This document shows positions 1 to 9,956 of a DNA stretch of 64,000 bases, piece after piece. Location of the stretch: positions 2,528,001-2,592,000 of the forward strand of contig OZ244252.1 of the NCBI GenBank assembly GCA_965217185.1, read 5' to 3'. The notes below the pieces were generated by a model that searched no databases, was not told the DNA's origin, and saw only the letters and a program-made list of their open reading frames with translations. The first letter of the stretch is position 1; each line of letters begins with the position of its first letter. The position numbers were made by a program, and so were the translations under genes. Origin of the DNA: an uncultured Candidatus Entotheonella sp. GTDB lineage: Bacteria > Tectomicrobia > Entotheonellia > Entotheonellales > Entotheonellaceae.

Positions 1-2170
1 TGTAGGGTGCCTCGTTGACCGTCGCCGGGATGATCTGCGTGGCGAAGGGTCCGAAGCGGTCCGACACGTGGGTGTACGCCTTCAGCCCGGGCTCGCTGCC
101 GTACCTGGCATTGACCAGGTTCATGGCTTCGCCCTGGCGCGTGGTCGGAAAGAACTGGCCGTCGCTCGACGCGGTGGTTCCCATCCCCCAGAACGTCGCC
201 ATGGGCAGCTTGGCCTGTGCCTCGATCACCATCGCCAGCGCACGGTCCATGGCTTCGCCTTCGACATGCCAGCGCGACAGCCGCATGAGTTCCCAGTAGT
301 CGTGGGTGTTGGTGGCCTCGGCCATCTTGCCGAGGCTGAGATTGATGCCTTCGGCCAGGAGCACGTTGAGCAAGCCGATCTTGTCGTTGCAGGGGGCGCC
401 GGTGCGCAGATGGACGAAGGCGTCCGTGAAGCCGACATCGGCGTCGACCTCCATCAGGATGTCGGTGATGCGCGTCTCCGGGAGGCGTTTGTAGAGGTCC
501 AGGATCAGCTCGTCGGCTCCTTCTGGCGTTTCGGCGGTGAGCCGGTCGATGTTCAGGCCGCCGTCACGAATGACGCCACCCGGTATGGCTCCGGCCCGAG
601 CTGCCTTCGCGAGCCTCTCCAGGCCGTGTGTCATCCATGCCTGTCGGTCGGCAAGCCACACGCCGGCGTCGAGCGGTACGGCCAGTGCGGTATCGGTCGT
701 GGCGGCCGGCAACGGCACCAAGGCCTGTGTCGGGTCGCCATGACGCCGGGAGCGCGGCAGCCACAGGTCGCCGGACCGGAAGCCGTCGCGCAGATGGGAC
801 AGGACGGCAACCTCCCATAGTCTTTTGTCGCCCTTGGGCTGCGCATCGAGATAACGGTGCCACTTGGAGGTTGGACGCAGAAAGGCTCTCGGGCTGCTGT
901 GGCTGCTGCCGTCACGGATCAGCCTGGCGGCGTCCAGTAGAGGCCGTGCAACCGGGGCGGTCTGGATATCGAGCGCCCGCAGCATGCGCGGGGCGTAGCG
1001 TCGCAGGCGCCCGTGTCCCTGCGCCACGTAGGCGAGCGGATCGTTCGACATCGTGTCGGTCAGACGTTCGGCCACGGCCACCAGGTCGGTCAGCCCGTCC
1101 CAGCCCAGTTTTCCCGAAACGGCCTGCTCGAGCATGGCGGGCTGATGCCGGGCCTCGAGCAGTGCCTGCCCGAGATCGGCAAAGGATCTCAGGGTCCGGC
1201 GGACGGCTGTCCTGGCGTCGTCGATGCGGGCATTACAGAGTTTTTCGGCCTCCCTCCAGGTTCTGCCGACGATGCGGTCGTGAGTCTCGATCAGGGAATC
1301 AGCGAGACCGGCCTGCCATTCCACGGCGCACACCGCCAGAATGGCCAGCCGCCGACTGTCGAGCATCTCGCGTAGGCCGTCCGCGAAGTGCCGTTCCCCC
1401 TGCCTTCTCAGGCGGGCAACGCGGTGAGAGGGCACGCCGTCGACGAGCTGCTCGGAGAGACCGAGACGCTGTAGAAACTCCAGTCGGTCCAACAAGCGCC
1501 CAGCGACCGCGGCATTGTTGCCCGGCTCGGACTGCCGCAGCCAGACAAAGCGCGTCACGCGGTTGTCCAGTGTTTCGGAAAGCAGTCCGTCGAGAACCGT
1601 CCGTGCCGCGGTATCGAGACGGCCGGCGATTCTCTCCTCGACCCGGCGGTCGGCTGCCACTGCAGCGTCGGCGCACAGGCGTTCGAGCGTCGAGATGGCA
1701 GGCAGGATGAGTTGCCTTCGGCGGCATTCCTCGACGAGCCGTCTTGCCAGCTCTTCGTTGGACCGCGTCTCCTCGGCCTGCCCGTCGAGCCAGGCCTTCA
1801 GGTGCCGCGCCGCGCGTCCGGCGAACGTGCGGTAGCCGTAGATCGAGCGCAGCGCCGTCATGTGTTCCTGGCGTGTCTACCGCCGCGCCGCATAGGGCAG
1901 CAGGGATTCCACCGCGATACCCAGCTGGACACCGATGAATTCCACTACCGGCGACGGGATCAGTTCGCCGGGCTGCAGCACGCGACCGGGATGGCGCAGA
2001 GCACAAAGCTGAAGGGCGAAGCCGAGACGGTTTTCAGCGCGGCGGCGCTGGCTGATGTGTTCCAGATCGTCGTCTGCCAGGGTGTAGTGCTTTCGGAGGG
2101 AAGGCTCGTCGGTCGGGAGATCGAACAAGGCGGACCGCTGGCGGTCCGTGAAAATGGTTCGGCGGGGCAT
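1..2170 (-). pseudogene. tnpA: Tn3-family transposase with one in-frame amber stop at 1877-1879; runs off the window edge
   Basis: N-terminus MPRRTIFTDRQRSALFDLP...NRLGFALQLCALRHPG. After TAG the same frame continues (TRQEHMTALRSIYGYRTF...HDRIVG...WEVAVLSHLRDGFRSGDLW). Confidence 0.9.
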
Positions 2171-2212
2171 GGTTGGGTCAGTTCCGGCAAAGGTTGGACA
2201 GGCGACATGGGA

Positions 2213-2815
2213 TCAGGCGTCGAGGAGCCGTCGTCCCGGCTCCTTGAGCGTGCCGTCGGCGTGCAGGTAATGGTAGAGCGTGCTCGGGGGAATGCTGCCA
2301 AGCGCGCGGCAGATATCGGGTATCGAGCGCGTCTGGTCGGCCATGAGGTTCCGGGCGTAGCGCAGCTTCTCGGAGGTCATGACGCGGGGGCGGCCGCCTT
2401 TGCGTCCACGCGCCCGCGCCGCCTTGACACCCTCGCGGATACGCTGGCGGATGACGTTGCGTTCCATTTCCGCGAAGGCTGCCTGGATCTGCAGAAAGGC
2501 GCGGCCCGCCGGCGCGATGGTGTCCATCGGTGAATTGAGGGCGCGGAAGCCGACGCCGCGGTGGTCGAGGTCGTCGATCAAAGCGATGAGTTCGCCCGCC
2601 CGGCGGCCCAGACGGTCGAGATCGAGGACGACAAGGACGTCGCCCTGGCGCAGGTAATCGAGACAGGCAGCCAGCTTTGGTCGGTCGGAGGCGGCGCCGG
2701 AAGCGCGGTCCTCGAACACGCGCTCGCATCCAGCGTCGTTGAGGGCGTCGAGCTGGCGGTCAAGTACCTGACGGCCTTCGGCGATGGAAACGCGGGCGTA
2801 GCCAATGAGGCCCAT
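2213..2815 (-). CDS. tnpR: serine recombinase (Tn3 resolvase)
   Basis: IGYARVS, LDRLGR, ERNVIRQR..EG motifs and C-terminal HTH; adjacent to tnpA. Confidence 0.93.
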   Translation of the reverse strand: MGLIGYARVSIAEGRQVLDRQLDALNDAGCERVFEDRASGAASDRPKLAACLDYLRQGDVLVVLDLDRLGRRAGELIALIDDLDHRGVGFRALNSPMDTIAPAGRAFLQIQAAFAEMERNVIRQRIREGVKAARARGRKGGRPRVMTSEKLRYARNLMADQTRSIPDICRALGSIPPSTLYHYLHADGTLKEPGRRLLDA

Positions 2816-2829
2816 GGGGTGATGTCCTC

Positions 2830-2975
2830 GCGGTCTCGAAAACGTTGTCTTGAGCGTATTTTATCGTAAAAAGATATTTTCGGGGTTGTCGTGAAGATTT
2901 TGCGCGAAAAGGCGGGTCGTGGGGGGCGTATTGCAGCGATTCACGACAAAGAGTTGTTTGTCGTGGACCCGAAGG
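2830..2975. promoter_or_regulatory. probable res site / tnpR promoter region
   Basis: AT-rich imperfect palindromes (e.g. CACGACAAAGAGTTGTTTGTCGTG) upstream of the resolvase. Confidence 0.5.
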
Positions 2976-3011
2976 CTAGGTTATGAGGGAGCGAAAAGAG
3001 GGCCGTCGAGG

Positions 3012-3412
3012 CTTAGAGTGTCATTTCGCGTGCGCCGTGCAAGGCGCCATTCTTCAGCGGGTGCGAATCCCGTCCGGCAACTGTCGCTCCAGCCGGTAGC
3101 TTCGTCGTAAGCACAAGGTGCGGTCGGGAGGTTTAGTGCGCTTCTCAGACGAGAGGCTACGGCAGGATTACGGTCTCACGCGCCTCAAACTGCGAACGGG
3201 CGGGTCTTCCGTGGGCGAAGGCATGATCTCGTCCGAGAGCCGGATGCAGGAGATCTGCATGTCCGGATCGATGAGCGGCGACTGGAAACGGAGTTATGGC
3301 GGGGAGTGAGGCACCGGCATTGCGAAAGCCGCCGGGAACAGCTACCCCCATCCGCCTACCGCTACCGCTACCGCGCCAGCCGCCGACTCTACCCTTTTCC
3401 GCAACCGACCCC
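3012..3412. repeat. Tn3-family 38-bp terminal IR split by a group II intron (3012-3029 + 3393-3412)
   Basis: Joined halves, reverse-complemented: GGGGTCGGTTGCGGAAAAGGGCGAAATGACACTCTAAG (GGGG...TAAG, 38 bp). Confidence 0.88.
3030..3392 (+). mobile_element. internally deleted group II intron remnant
   Basis: 5' GTGCG end; maturase C-terminal remnant (RRKHKVRSGG..RFSDERL..DYGL); domain V GAGCCGGATGCAGGAGATCTGCATGTCCGGATC; domain VI ending CTCTAC; ends closely similar to 5288-6164. Confidence 0.85.
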
Positions 3413-5264
3413 AGAGTTGGTTGACCGTTATCGTCGGGTGCGGCGGTTCTTGCCCGCCTTGTTGCGCAGCGTGTCGTTTGGGAGCACGCAAGCCGGCAAG
3501 GCGATGCTTGACGCCCTGGATTTTCTGCGTCGCATCGAACCCCAACGCCACCCTGACATGCAGCAGGCGCCGCTGGACGTGGTGCCAGGTGCCTGGCGGC
3601 GTCTTGTGAAGCCCGCCTGCACGCCCACGGTGGATCGGCAAGCGTACACGATCTGCATTGTCGAACGGCTACAAGACCATCTGAGGCGGCGAGATATCTT
3701 TGTCTCCCGGAGCGAGCGCTGGGGGGATCCGCGTATCAAGTTGCTGCAGGGCGAGCAGTGGGAGGGGATGCGACCCATGGTCTGCCGGGCTTTGGGCCGC
3801 AACGAATCGCCGGAGCCGGAACTCCACGCCCTCAGCCAACAACTCGATGCCGCCTATCAACACACCGCAGCCCGGTTTTCAACGAATGAGGCGGTGCGTG
3901 TGGAAACCGTGAAGGGCCGTGACACCCTGATCCTCAGCAGACTCGACAGGCTCGAAGAACCGCCCCGTTTCAGCGCTCTGCGCGACCGCGTGCTGAATCT
4001 GTTGCCACGCGTCGATTTGCCGGAGCTGCTGTTGGAAATCCATGCGCGAACGGGCTTCGCCAATGAATGTACCCACATCAGTGAAGGCGAAGCGAGGGTG
4101 GCGGAGTTGCCTGTAAGTATCTGTGCGGTCCTGCTGGCGGAAGCCTGCAACATCGGCCTCGAACCCGTCGTGCGCTCCGATCATCCGGCCCTGACGCGAG
4201 CCCGACTGAGCTGGGTCCAACAAAACTATATCCGCGCCGAGACGCTGACGCGGGCCAATGCCTGCCTGGTTGACGCCCAGTCCACCATCGACCTGGCACA
4301 GGTGTGGGGTGGCGGTGACGTGGCGTCTGCCGATGGCCTGCGCTTCGTGGTGCCTGTGCGCACCCTCAATGCCGGCCCCAACCGCAAATACTTCAACGCC
4401 GATCGGGGGGTGACGTATTACAATTTCACCTCGGACCAATTCACCGGTTTCCATGCCATCGTCATCCCCGGCACCCTGCGCGACTCCATGTATATCCTCG
4501 ATGGCCTTCTCGACCATCAAACGCGGCTGCAACCGGGGGAGGTCATGGCCGACACGGCCGGTGTGAGTGCGGTTGTTTTCGGGTTGTTCTGGCTACTGGG
4601 TTACCAGTTCAGCCCGCGTATGGCCGACCTGGGCAAAGCCAGGTTCTGGCGCCTCGACCCCGCGGCAGACTACGGCGTCCTCAATGGCATCGCCCGGGCT
4701 CGTGCCAATACAAGGCTCATCAGCCGCAATTGGGACGACTTGTTACGGGTTGCCGGGTCTCTGCATCAGGGCACGGTGAGTGCCTCCGAACTCATGCGGT
4801 CACTGCTCAGAAGCAAGCGTCCCACCACGCTGGCGCGCGCCCTCGCGGCCTTGGGACGTATCCCGAAAACCCTTTACATGTTGGCCTACGTAGATGATGA
4901 GCACTATCGACGGCGCATCCTGACGCAGCTCAACCGCGGCGAAAGCCGCCATAGCGTTGCACGTGCCGTTTTTCATGGCCAGCGTGGCGAACTCCGGCAG
5001 CGTTACCGCGAAGGCCAAGAGGACCAACTCGGAGCATTGGGGCTGGTCGTCAATGCCATCGTGCTGTGGAATACCCTCTACATGGCAGCGGCTCTCAAAG
5101 AGTTGTCTCACGTCGGCTATGGGGTCCATCCGGAAGACGTGGCGCGACTGTCGCCCTTGATCCACAGACACCTCAATTTTCAGGGACGACACGCCTTTGT
5201 ACTGCCGGAGGCCGTGGCGCAAGGCCAATTACGACCCCTGCGTGACCCTCGCCAAGAGCAGTAG
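3413..5264 (+). pseudogene. tnpA: second Tn3-family transposase, 5'-truncated by insertion of the first transposon
   Basis: DDE_Tnp_Tn3 motifs ASADGLRF, DTAG, QLNRGESRH; homology starts right after the GACCCC end of the IR. Confidence 0.9.
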
Positions 5265-5269
5265 CAAGG

Positions 5270-6184
5270 CTTAACACAGTTTTCTGTGTGCGCCGTGTAA
5301 GGCGCCATTCCCTAGCGGGTGCGAATCCCGCCCGGCAACTGTCGCTCCAGCCGGTAGCAGTCGGAGCGGATGATGGAGGTAACGACATCGTCTGAAGCAC
5401 TCCGATGTAACGGGCCGCCAAGGGCGGCTTAGCGACCATGCGGGCCGCAACGTGAGTAAACGCTGAGCAGGCCTCGAAACGTGTAATGCGGAAGCCGACC
5501 CGCCACAGAAACGGGGAAGGCTGGCACCGGTCGGGAAGCGAGCGACGCACGCACCGACAGGTTCCGCCGGGGTAATGGCGGCAGCACGCATGGAAGAGGG
5601 GAATGGACGCAACACGGGAAGCCCTGTCCGGTGGCGTGGCACGCGCCAACCGACAGCCCGCGAGGGTCAGGTTGGGCCGGCAGGGTGGCGGAGAGGCCTG
5701 AAGTACCGGGGATGCCGGGTAATGCCGGCGGAGGGAAGAGGCCTCAGGTGAGGAGCGATGCCCAAAGGGAGAAGGGTCACGGGAGTGGCCATGCCTATTA
5801 CCCCGATTGATGACCAGAAAACCCGGCAGCATCACATGCCCAAGTGAAGGAACCGTGCCCTCTCAAGGCGCGGGGTCGTCGAGGCGTCAACAGGCTCGGC
5901 GGTCCACTGAAAGCGCCGCGCGCCGCAGGGCGGAAGTCGTGCCGCTTTCGCAAGATCATCTGCTGTGCGCGGTTGCCAAGGTGTTCCGTGTGCGAGACGC
6001 ATGATCCCACTGGAGAGCTGAGTGCGGGAAATCCGCCCGCTCAGTTTGGAGAGCGGTGACTGGAAACGGAGCCACGGCGAGGAGTGAGGCACCGGCATTG
6101 CGAAAGCCGCCGGGAACAGCTACCCCCATCCGCCTACCGCTACCGCGCCAGTTGCCGACTCTACTCCATTGCTACTCAAAGGCC
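5270..6184. repeat. Tn3-family 38-bp IR downstream of tnpA, split by a group II intron (5270-5287 + 6165-6184)
   Basis: Joined halves, reverse-complemented: GGCCTTTGAGTAGCAATGGAACAGAAAACTGTGTTAAG; resembles Tn3/Tn1000 IRs but has a degenerate GGCC tip. Confidence 0.75.
5288..6164 (+). ncRNA. ORF-less group II intron (ribozyme domains apparently retained)
   Basis: GTGCG start; EBS1-like loop ACAGAA (5505-5510) complementary to 5' exon TTCTGT; domain V GAGCTGAGTGCGGGAAATCCGCCCGCTCAGTTT; domain VI ending CTCTAC; no RT ORF. Confidence 0.88.
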
Positions 6185-6520
6185 TAAACGCCTCAGGGCA
6201 ACTTTTCGTTCCAATGATTGCCGCGGCCCACTCACGAACTGCTGGGCCGGACGATCCTCGAGCCTGGGGCAGTCGGCGGCGGGGTGGATGAACTCCGACG
6301 CTCCATTTTGTACCTGCTGGTGATGCAGGACACCGAGGCGCTCCAGCGCCAGGGACTTGCGCGCGGAGGAGCTCTTGGCCGAAGGTGAGCAGCGCGCCGA
6401 ACAACGCGCCAAGATCCAAGTCGGGGAAGGCTTGTTGAGGTCGGGGTGACGTGGGACGTCATCGAGGCCGCTACCGGGCTGACCGAGGCCAGCTTCCAGG
6501 CGCTCAAGGCGCAGCCAGTA
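6185..6520 (+). pseudogene. frameshifted C-terminal remnant resembling an Rpn/YhgA-like protein
   Basis: Fragments AEELLAEGEQRAEQRAKIQ and VTWDVIEAATGLTEASFQALKAQ in shifted frames. Confidence 0.45.
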
Positions 6521-6745
6521 GACTCTGGTTCCTGACGCATCTCACCCGCACCAGGATTCGAGCAGGCCACAGTCGCCGACGTTTTCCACACCGGCAAGGG
6601 GAAAACCTGCCGTCGGCCGTATCTAACGATCTGCATTGTCACCGCTTGAGCAGATTGCCGCGCAAATCATCACTTGAAGTCACGCCCGCGAGCTCCGGGA
6701 AGATTGGCTGGGCATCTGGACGGCGTCCTTGATTTCTGGGATGGC

Positions 6746-6892
6746 GTTCCACTTTTACTGCCAAGCGGCCCTGAATCCTCGGCACATGTCCCACCGTTTT
6801 GGCCTCAAACCGGCGAAATCACCCTTCCTGGTGGGGCGCCTGCCGCGAACCCCGTTTCGTCCAGCAATGGCGCCAATCCAAAGTTTACAGAA
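6746..6892. repeat. 147-bp conserved non-coding sequence abutting a dif-like site (copy 1)
   Basis: Diverged, equal-length copy at 23964-24110 (shared TGTCCCACCGTTT.GGCCT.AAACCGGCGAAATC and TTTCGTCCAGCAA). Confidence 0.75.
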
Positions 6893-6910
6893 TGAGACAT
6901 TATGCGAACC
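6882..6910 (-). other. dif-like (XerC/XerD) site
   Basis: GGTTCGCATAA-TGTCTCA-TTCTGTAAACT; arms close to canonical XerC and XerD arms, 7-bp spacer. Confidence 0.7.
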
Positions 6911-6938
6911 AGCCATCCGCCTATGGGAGGATCAGATC

Positions 6939-7460
6939 ATGAAATGTTTCATTTTAGCGGTGTTAACGGTTTTGCTTGTCACACCGGAACCCGGTAGAGC
7001 ATTACCTAAAGGCTGGGAAGAATCGGCCTTGAATCACCTGCGACGAACCCAATCGGAGCGAGTCAATCTCGAGGCTCTACACATCGCATATCCGGAGCAG
7101 GCAGTGGATCTTTTTGCCCTGTATCGCGAAAACCTGCATCGCGAAAAGGAATTGCATGGCGTTGTCAGACGGCCCAAGAACCAAAAGGATGACGGGTGGT
7201 TTTTAACATGGACCAAACAAGGTTTTAGCATGAAGCCGATCCTCGTACGATACGGCCAATCTGTTATCTCCTCTTTAGACCATATTGGGTTGATTGCTCT
7301 ATCCGAAATTTGCAACGCGGTTGTTCGACCCAGCGAATTGGTCGTAACGGCAAAAGCGGGGGTTGATTTCTATGCCTCATTCAAGGGCGAGGTATCCCTT
7401 AAATTTGATCCACAAGCAAGTTGCCCCGGCTTGGGACTATTTTCGAGTAGCACAGATTGA
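6939..7460 (+). CDS. hypothetical secreted protein (173 aa)
   Basis: GGGAGG RBS; signal-like MKCFILAVLTVLLV; lower GC than its surroundings. Confidence 0.7.
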   Translation: MKCFILAVLTVLLVTPEPGRALPKGWEESALNHLRRTQSERVNLEALHIAYPEQAVDLFALYRENLHREKELHGVVRRPKNQKDDGWFLTWTKQGFSMKPILVRYGQSVISSLDHIGLIALSEICNAVVRPSELVVTAKAGVDFYASFKGEVSLKFDPQASCPGLGLFSSSTD

Positions 7461-7482
7461 CATACACGGGGTTATCAAGACC
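7455..7482 (-). other. dif-like site overlapping the stop codon of the upstream gene
   Basis: GGTCTTGATAA-CCCCGT-GTATGTCAATC. Confidence 0.55.
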
Positions 7483-7570
7483 TGATGGGCAGCCCTCCGG
7501 CACATTCCCTGAGGTCCCAAATTGGGAGACATGGATCAACGGTGAATCAGGGTTTCAGACAGAACATCGT

Positions 7571-7609
7571 CAATTTGGCACTCTGTGACAGCTATGTTGT
7601 TACTGGGCC
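7571..7609. repeat. transposon-end-like motif (GGCCCAGTAACAACATAGCTGTCA family)
   Basis: Related copies at 14134-14168, 14959-14997 and 22038-22072. Confidence 0.7.
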
Positions 7610-7659
7610 TTTTTGGCGCTTCCTAATCACGAACACATCGCAAACGGCCGTTTACGACA

Positions 7660-7860
7660 CAGGCTGATCGGCTACGCCGGCGTCTCAAAGGCGGATGGCT
7701 CCCAGTCGCTAGACCTGCCGCGCTACCACGACTTCGCGTCCGGCGTACGCGCCGACCGGCCCGGACTCGACAGCTGCCTGCGCGCCCTGAGGGCGGGCGA
7801 CGTGCTCGTGGTCTGAAAACTCGACCGTCTCGGCCGTAACGCTCACCACTATCCATGTTG
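7660..7860 (+). pseudogene. serine resolvase relic
   Basis: LIGYAGVSKADGSQSLDL...RPGLDSCLRALRAGDVLVV*KLDRLGR; upstream DNA resembles that of the resolvase at 22341. Confidence 0.8.
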
Positions 7861-7975
7861 GCCAGGAGGCAGACGCCCTCCACCTACAGGTCGGATATAC
7901 GACCGCAACCGACGCGAAGGACCGACCGTCACGACCCACTCGCTTGAGCACCGAGAGGAGTCCATAGACGGACTG

Positions 7976-9940
7976 CTAGGCGCTGCGTAGTGCGTCGAAG
8001 CGCTCGACGTATCCCATGATGGCCCACACCAAGATCGAGTGGCTCCAGGTCAGCGGCGCCACTGACAGCGGGGATCCGTCACGGGGATCGACCTGCTCCG
8101 CGAGAACTCCGGAAGGCAGTGCGTGTTCGGCACACCACGTGAGGTACGGAAGAGCTTCGTGGAGCTCGGCCAGCTTGCTCGCGCGCTCGATGGCGCATTC
8201 GGCCAGCCAGAGCGTCGAGATGAACCAGGGGTTGCCGGGAATCTCATCCGCGAGATCCGCTGGCCGCTGATACTGGTCGCCTTCGTATCGCGCGCACCCC
8301 CCGCCGAGGGTGCCGAGCCACAGCTGCTGGCGAATCGCCGCGGTCGTGTCTCGGTTCCGAGCATCGTTTGCCGGCAATGCCCCGAGCGTTGTCAAGCCGA
8401 GCAGACTGGCGTCAAGCACCTCGTCAAGGTCGTAGCCGTCAGCGCTGCGGTACCCCGACCGGGCATACCGTTTCAAGCCGGCGTGATACAGATGCCGGAT
8501 CAGTCCGTCCTTCATCTGATCGGCCGCCGACTCATAGGCCTCGGCGTGGGACGTGTCTTGAAAGAGTCGAGCAAAGTTGGCTGCGGCCCTGAGGCCCGCC
8601 ATTACGGCGGCCACGGTGAACGCGTGGGTCCCGTACCGCTCTTCCCAGAGATCGAAGGACGGTAGGGGGAGATGGGTGTCAGGGTCGCGGTGGGCGAGCA
8701 GGAAGTCAGCGGATTTGAGCACGAGCTTCTTGTACAGCGGCCCAATGAACTCAATATCCCTTGCGCATTCGTGGTGTATCCACAGCGCCCAGAGCACCAA
8801 TGCCGTCGAGTCCTCCTGGATCGGGAGCACTTGGCGACCATCCACCAGCCAAGGGTGCCAGGAGCTAGCCAACGACCCATCCGGATTGTAGTGCTGCATC
8901 AAATATCCTTCGTCCGAGAGCACGTCTGCGCAATAGTTGAAGAACCGCTGACACACGTCGGCATACCCGGCCTTCGCGAGCGCGGCAGCCACAAACGCTC
9001 CATCGCGACCCCACATGTAGGAATAGGTATCCTTACCGAAGCGCACGATATCCGAATCGTTCGCCGCGACAATCGCGCCGCGGTTGTCGATCTGTGTTCT
9101 GAGAATAAGAAGGCTCCGATTGAACAGATCGGTTACCTCAGTGGGAAGGTCTCCGAAGGATCGGGGTTCCTTCTGAATCCATGCTCCCCAGTAGTTGGAT
9201 GTGAGCTTAATCATCTCGGCGGGTGTCTTCTCGAGGACGATCTCATTGAGTCGCGTCACGTCCGCGTATCCTGTGCCAGCCGTCACCCAGTAGAACGCCG
9301 TGGCGCTTCGTCCGGGCGGGACGTCAAGGGATATGGCGATGGTAGAGTCGGGGAAGCCCCACGCGGCTGGATTACGGCTGAGCTTGCCGTCTTCGGCGTC
9401 GGTCCAGGATCCTTGCTCGCAGAGGTGATCTTTGACCGCACACGCGAACTCCTTCACTCCCCACGACGCGACCGTGCCTCCGTTGACGAGAAAGAATCGG
9501 TTGGCGTTGTAGTGCACGATAGAACTGGTCCGCGGATCGAAATACGCCGTGTCCCCAATGTCGTGGCCGTACACGTGAAAGTCGTGCGCGAAGAAGAGCG
9601 TCACATGTCGCGCGGTCTCTTCCAGGTTGAGCACGCGAACCTCTTTCAGATAGATATTCAAATCGAAGTCGACAGCGTCACAGCATCGCAGTTCCAACCC
9701 GAGGGCCTGGTGCCTGAGCACCACATTCGTGACCAAACTATCGTCACGATACCGGAGATCCCGTGTCCACTCTGACCCGATCCAGGCGAAGCGCCCATCG
9801 GCCCAGACACCGAACCGGGAGGGGTGCCCCTTGGAATGATTTTCCTGGCCGACGTGGGGAAAGTAGATGTCGCGAATCCGGTAGTCCGAGTCGAAATTCA
9901 GAAGGAAGTTGCCGTTGCTGACGGGAAGGTCCTTGGGCAT
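7976..9940 (-). CDS. glycoside hydrolase family 15 (glucoamylase-like)
   Basis: YSYMWGRDG, DLWEER, LAEQ and PLTWSH motifs. Confidence 0.9.
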   Translation of the reverse strand: MPKDLPVSNGNFLLNFDSDYRIRDIYFPHVGQENHSKGHPSRFGVWADGRFAWIGSEWTRDLRYRDDSLVTNVVLRHQALGLELRCCDAVDFDLNIYLKEVRVLNLEETARHVTLFFAHDFHVYGHDIGDTAYFDPRTSSIVHYNANRFFLVNGGTVASWGVKEFACAVKDHLCEQGSWTDAEDGKLSRNPAAWGFPDSTIAISLDVPPGRSATAFYWVTAGTGYADVTRLNEIVLEKTPAEMIKLTSNYWGAWIQKEPRSFGDLPTEVTDLFNRSLLILRTQIDNRGAIVAANDSDIVRFGKDTYSYMWGRDGAFVAAALAKAGYADVCQRFFNYCADVLSDEGYLMQHYNPDGSLASSWHPWLVDGRQVLPIQEDSTALVLWALWIHHECARDIEFIGPLYKKLVLKSADFLLAHRDPDTHLPLPSFDLWEERYGTHAFTVAAVMAGLRAAANFARLFQDTSHAEAYESAADQMKDGLIRHLYHAGLKRYARSGYRSADGYDLDEVLDASLLGLTTLGALPANDARNRDTTAAIRQQLWLGTLGGGCARYEGDQYQRPADLADEIPGNPWFISTLWLAECAIERASKLAELHEALPYLTWCAEHALPSGVLAEQVDPRDGSPLSVAPLTWSHSILVWAIMGYVERFDALRSA

Positions 9941-9956
9941 CGGTGGCTCCGCCTTG

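Noticed and set aside
3306..3412. Predicted N-terminus of the 652-aa transposase ORF
   Set aside because: It is intron domain VI plus IR sequence; the same peptide recurs at 6084.
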